Below the pieces are notes generated by a model, which searched no databases, was not told where the DNA came from, and saw only the letters and a list, made by a program, of their open reading frames with translations. From positions 3,160 through 67,159 of the forward strand of contig FR897805.1 of assembly GCA_000437495.1 (NCBI GenBank): a DNA stretch of 64,000 nucleotides, written 5' to 3'. Below, piece after piece: positions 60,420 to 64,000 of this stretch (positions within the stretch are counted from its first letter, which is position 1; each line of letters opens with the position of its first letter). This stretch comes from Prevotella sp. CAG:485 (GTDB lineage: Bacteria; Bacteroidota; Bacteroidia; Bacteroidales; Muribaculaceae). Position numbers and translations under genes: made by a program.

Positions 60420-61507
60420 AAGCGAACGGTGCGGGCTATCAACAGTTCATCGGCAATCACCAAGGCTGCCATCGCCTCTGCCACGGGCACTGCCCTCACT
60501 GCCACACACGGGTCATGGCGTCCGCCCGGATTTATCACACACGGCTCTCCGGCGTCGTTGATGCTGTTCACCTTATAAGGCCGTGTAGGAGTGGGTTTGA
60601 AAGCCACAGAGAGGCATATGTCCTCACCCGTTGAAATTCCCCCTTCAATGCCGCCGCTGCGATTCTCTTTCGTGTGAAGGTGTTTCCCGGCGGCATCTTC
60701 TGTTATGCCAGAGTACTCATCTATGGCCTCGGCTCCCGTGCATCGGGCCGATTCCATGCCCAGGCCGAACTCCACGCCTCTTGCAGCATTGATGCTCATC
60801 ATCGCCATTGCCAACCGGGCTGTCAGCTTGTCATAAACCGGACTCCCGATACCTGCTGCCAAGCCCCGGATGATGACGCTTAAGCGGCCTCCCACACTGT
60901 CTTTCCCCTGAAGTGCCGTCAGCACTTCCGTAAAGGCTTTCTCGGCTTCTGCCGTGGGGGCGAAAAGTGGTGATTCCTGAATCTGTTCGGGGGTCGGTAC
61001 TACTGAATAAGGACAGGCCATCTGTTGCCTGCCAACGCCGCTCAGAAAGGCCGAAACCGTTATGTCGTAATGCTTCAGCAGCAACTCGGCCACGGCGCCA
61101 CCCACGACTCTGCAAAGGGTCTGGCGTGCAGAGGCACGACCGCCGCCGCGATGTTCGCGCAGACCATATTTGGCATCGCTCACGAAGTCGGCGTGTCCCG
61201 GCCTGTAGATATGGCGCAATTGCTCGTAATCGTCGCTCCTCGCATCGGTGTTCCTTATCAGGAAGCCTATCGGTGAGCCTAAGGTAAGACCCTCTTCACT
61301 GATGCCCGAGAGCCATTCCACCGTGTCGGCTTCTTGGCGAGGTGAGGTGAATTTCCTTGTCCCGGGTCGGCGAAGCATTACTTTCTCGGCCACATACTCC
61401 TTGTCGAGCCACAGTCCTGCCGGGCAGCCGTCTATGATGCCGCCCATGGCTGCTCCGTGGCTCTCTCCGTAATCGGTGAGGCGGAATATGCGTCCGAAGG
61501 TATTCAT
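60416..61507 (-). CDS. aroC: Chorismate synthase.
   Basis: N-terminus [31 protein letters not shown]. Confidence 0.95.
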   Translation of the reverse strand: MNTFGRIFRLTDYGESHGAAMGGIIDGCPAGLWLDKEYVAEKVMLRRPGTRKFTSPRQEADTVEWLSGISEEGLTLGSPIGFLIRNTDARSDDYEQLRHIYRPGHADFVSDAKYGLREHRGGGRASARQTLCRVVGGAVAELLLKHYDITVSAFLSGVGRQQMACPYSVVPTPEQIQESPLFAPTAEAEKAFTEVLTALQGKDSVGGRLSVIIRGLAAGIGSPVYDKLTARLAMAMMSINAARGVEFGLGMESARCTGAEAIDEYSGITEDAAGKHLHTKENRSGGIEGGISTGEDICLSVAFKPTPTRPYKVNSINDAGEPCVINPGGRHDPCVAVRAVPVAEAMAALVIADELLIARTVRL

Positions 61508-62007
61508 TTTTCGTCTGAAGAGGGGGTCTTAATCAGGTCGCACACGGTGGCGTGAATGAAGTCTATGAGGTCTTGCGGCTTCATTTCCAGCTGCAGGCCA
61601 CGCTGTCCGGCCGACACATATATCACCTCTTTGTCAAGGCAGGTGCTGTGGAAGAATGTGGGTAACGCCTGCTTCATACCCACAGGCGAACAGCCGCCGC
61701 GGATATAGCCGGTGAGGGGTAGCAGCTCTTTTACATGAATCATCTCCACCTTCTTGGCGCCCATGGCCTTGGCTGCCTTTTTCAAATCCACCTCTTCGGC
61801 GCCCGGTATCACACAGACAAACAGCTCTTTGCCGGCACGCAGCACAAGGGTCTTGTAGACAAGGCTGATGTCCTCGCCCAACGATTCGGCAACATGGGTG
61901 GCTTCCAGATGATTTTCATCCACCGGATAAGCCACCAACTTATATGCTTTTCCGGCGTGGTCAAGCAGTCGCGCGGCGTTAGTCTTCTGGAGCTGCTTCT
62001 TAGCCAT
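61504..62007 (-). CDS. ybaK: Cys-tRNA(Pro)/Cys-tRNA(Cys) deacylase YbaK.
   Basis: 167 aa with a YbaK/ProX fold (…[12 protein letters not shown]…). Confidence 0.8.
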   Translation of the reverse strand: MAKKQLQKTNAARLLDHAGKAYKLVAYPVDENHLEATHVAESLGEDISLVYKTLVLRAGKELFVCVIPGAEEVDLKKAAKAMGAKKVEMIHVKELLPLTGYIRGGCSPVGMKQALPTFFHSTCLDKEVIYVSAGQRGLQLEMKPQDLIDFIHATVCDLIKTPSSDEK

Positions 62008-64000
62008 TCATGTTGTGGAGAATCTCCAGATTGTTCCGGGTGGTCTCCATCTGCTTCTTGATGAATTCCAGAGCTTCTATAGAGTTCATGTCGCTGATGT
62101 AGTTGCGCAGCAGCCACATACGGTTCAGAATCTCGGGATTGGTGAGCAAGTCTTCGCGGCGTGTCGACGAGGCTATGATGTCCACGGCCGGGAAGAGTCG
62201 CTTATTGCTCAGCTTGCGGTCGAGCTGAAGTTCCATATTGCCTGTTCCTTTGAACTCCTCGAAAATCACCTCGTCCATTTTCGACGACGTCTCGGTGAGA
62301 GCCGTGGCTATAATGGTCAGTGAACCGCCGTTCTCTATGTTACGGGCAGCGCCGAAGAAGCGTTTCGGCTTCTGGAGGGCATTGGCGTCAACACCGCCCG
62401 ACAGTATCTTGCCGCTGGCGGGAGCCACCGTGTTATACGCACGGGCAAGACGCGTTATCGAGTCGAGCATTATCACCACATCATGACCGCTTTCCACCAG
62501 GCGCTTGGCCTTTTCAAGCACAATGCCGGCAATCTTGACGTGTCGGTCGGCCGGTTCGTCGAACGTTGACGCTATCACCTCGGCGTTGACGCTGCGGGCC
62601 ATATCGGTTACCTCTTCCGGACGTTCGTCAATCAGCAGCATAATGATGTAAGTGTCCGGATGATTGGAGGCTATGGCATTGGCAATATCTTTCAGCAGAA
62701 TGGTCTTACCGGTCTTTGGCGGAGCCACAATCAGGGCGCGCTGCCCTTTGCCTATGGGGGCGAACATATCCACAATGCGCGTGGAAATATTTCCCATCGG
62801 GCCCGACGTGATGTCGAATTTCTCCTCAGGGAAGAGGGGAGTGAGATGCTCAAAGGGAATCCTGTCGCGCACTGTTACGGGGTTTTGGCCGTTTACGCGC
62901 AGTACTTTGCCCAGAGGGAAGTATTTCTCTCCGTCGCGGGGCGGATTCACCGAACATTCCACCACATCGCCGGGCTTCAGGGCATACTGCTTTATGAAGT
63001 TCTGAGCCACATAGATGTCATCGGGACTTGCCAGATAATTGTAATCGCTTGAGCGCAGGAATCCGAAGCCTTCGGGCATAATCTCCAATACGCCGGTGGC
63101 GCTGACTATATTCTCAAAGGAATATGACTCAGCCTGCCGGGCAAAGTTTTGCTGACGCTGCACGCGACCGGTTTTCTGCTGCCTTGTTTTCTGCTGCGGC
63201 TGAGCCTTGGGCTCCTCTATCATTACGGGCGTTACTACTTGCTCTTCGGCCTGACGCTGCGAGCGAGGGGTGAATTTGCGAGTGCTTGCCACGGGGAAGA
63301 AGGAGTCGAGCGACGTGTCTTTTACAGATGCATTGCGGAAGCTCTTCTTGCCTGTTACGGCTTGCTGCGGAGCCTGACGGGGTGTCTCAGCTTCATTCAC
63401 AGGAGCTTCCTGAGGCTGCGTCTCGGCATTTGCAACTTCTGCCTGAGGCTGTTGCGCCGGAACTGCCTCTTCGGTTATATAAAGGCCTTCGTTGCCTGCC
63501 TCGGGTGCTTCTGCATTTTTCACCTCTTCATCCGGTGTCTTCTCTTTGGCTTCTCGGCCACGACGTTTGGGCTGTGATATTATTGGCAGGTCATCGGTGG
63601 TAATCACCTTGACCTGTTCATCTGTCTTTGCTTCGGGAGTGTCGGCGTTCGTCTCCTTTTCGGGCTGCTCGGCGGCAGTCTGGTCATCGAACAGTGTGGG
63701 TTGCTCCACGTTCTTCTGTTTCGGCTTGCGGCCGCGCTTCTTGGGCTGCTGCTCAGCTGCCGTAGCCTCCTGACCATCCGTAGCCGTTTCTTCAGCTGCA
63801 GCCACCGGAGTAGCTGCCGGTTGCTGTTTCTTGGGCTTCCGGCCGCGCTTTTTAGGCTGCGCAACACTCTTTTCGGCTATTTCTTTAGCCGAAGTTATAG
63901 CTTGATTATCAAGAATGAAATATTCGGCTTCCTGGCGGTCGGCCGATTCAGCTTTCTTCATACCCATCTCGGCGGCGATGCTGCGCACCCGGTCCGCTTC
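62000..64000 (-). CDS. rho: Transcription termination factor Rho. It is partial; the N-terminus lies beyond the window end.
   Basis: The C-terminal RecA-like ATPase has [19 protein letters not shown], a CSD-like RNA-binding domain and a long Bacteroidetes-type low-complexity N-terminal extension. The apparent M at 63988 is an internal GTG, and the frame continues open to 64000 (…[16 protein letters not shown]…). Confidence 0.9.
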   Translation of the reverse strand, partial: EADRVRSIAAEMGMKKAESADRQEAEYFILDNQAITSAKEIAEKSVAQPKKRGRKPKKQQPAATPVAAAEETATDGQEATAAEQQPKKRGRKPKQKNVEQPTLFDDQTAAEQPEKETNADTPEAKTDEQVKVITTDDLPIISQPKRRGREAKEKTPDEEVKNAEAPEAGNEGLYITEEAVPAQQPQAEVANAETQPQEAPVNEAETPRQAPQQAVTGKKSFRNASVKDTSLDSFFPVASTRKFTPRSQRQAEEQVVTPVMIEEPKAQPQQKTRQQKTGRVQRQQNFARQAESYSFENIVSATGVLEIMPEGFGFLRSSDYNYLASPDDIYVAQNFIKQYALKPGDVVECSVNPPRDGEKYFPLGKVLRVNGQNPVTVRDRIPFEHLTPLFPEEKFDITSGPMGNISTRIVDMFAPIGKGQRALIVAPPKTGKTILLKDIANAIASNHPDTYIIMLLIDERPEEVTDMARSVNAEVIASTFDEPADRHVKIAGIVLEKAKRLVESGHDVVIMLDSITRLARAYNTVAPASGKILSGGVDANALQKPKRFFGAARNIENGGSLTIIATALTETSSKMDEVIFEEFKGTGNMELQLDRKLSNKRLFPAVDIIASSTRREDLLTNPEILNRMWLLRNYISDMNSIEALEFIKKQMETTRNNLEILHNMNG

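Overview
The window is a 64 kb Bacteroidota (Bacteroidales-like) chromosomal segment, about 50-55% GC and densely coding. Most genes are core housekeeping: a partial PFOR gene, rluD, bamD, rpoZ, lpxH, priA, a DEAD-box helicase, glyA, the complete nqrABCDEF operon, rpsP, prfA, pyrF, pgk, an exbB-exbD-exbD-tonB operon, tgt, aroC, ybaK and a partial rho. I found one tRNA-Cys(GCA). An accessory stretch at roughly 36-48 kb carries a disrupted TPR/AraC-type regulator, a frameshifted BspA-type leucine-rich-repeat gene, an M6 (InhA-like) metalloprotease and a 1576-aa multi-domain adhesin-like protein. Three of these have C-terminal domains of the kind that mark cargo of the type IX secretion system (T9SS); the protease and the adhesin are divergent across a 794-bp AT-rich spacer. 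Other notable items are an amgK / standalone RapZ-C-terminal-domain / murU operon, a family of strand-biased purine-rich (G+A) intergenic tracts with internal tandem repeats, a palindromic motif (ATGTTTTAWAACAT) recurring in two intergenic regions, nested palindromes upstream of the LRR gene, a FISUMP-LRR fusion protein, tandem beta-barrel outer-membrane paralogs, and AT-hook-like repeats in the Rho N-terminal extension. I saw no CRISPR array, transposase, integrase or rRNA. Motif-level work (promoter -7 boxes, hairpin terminators) was done by eye and carries the confidence stated with each feature.
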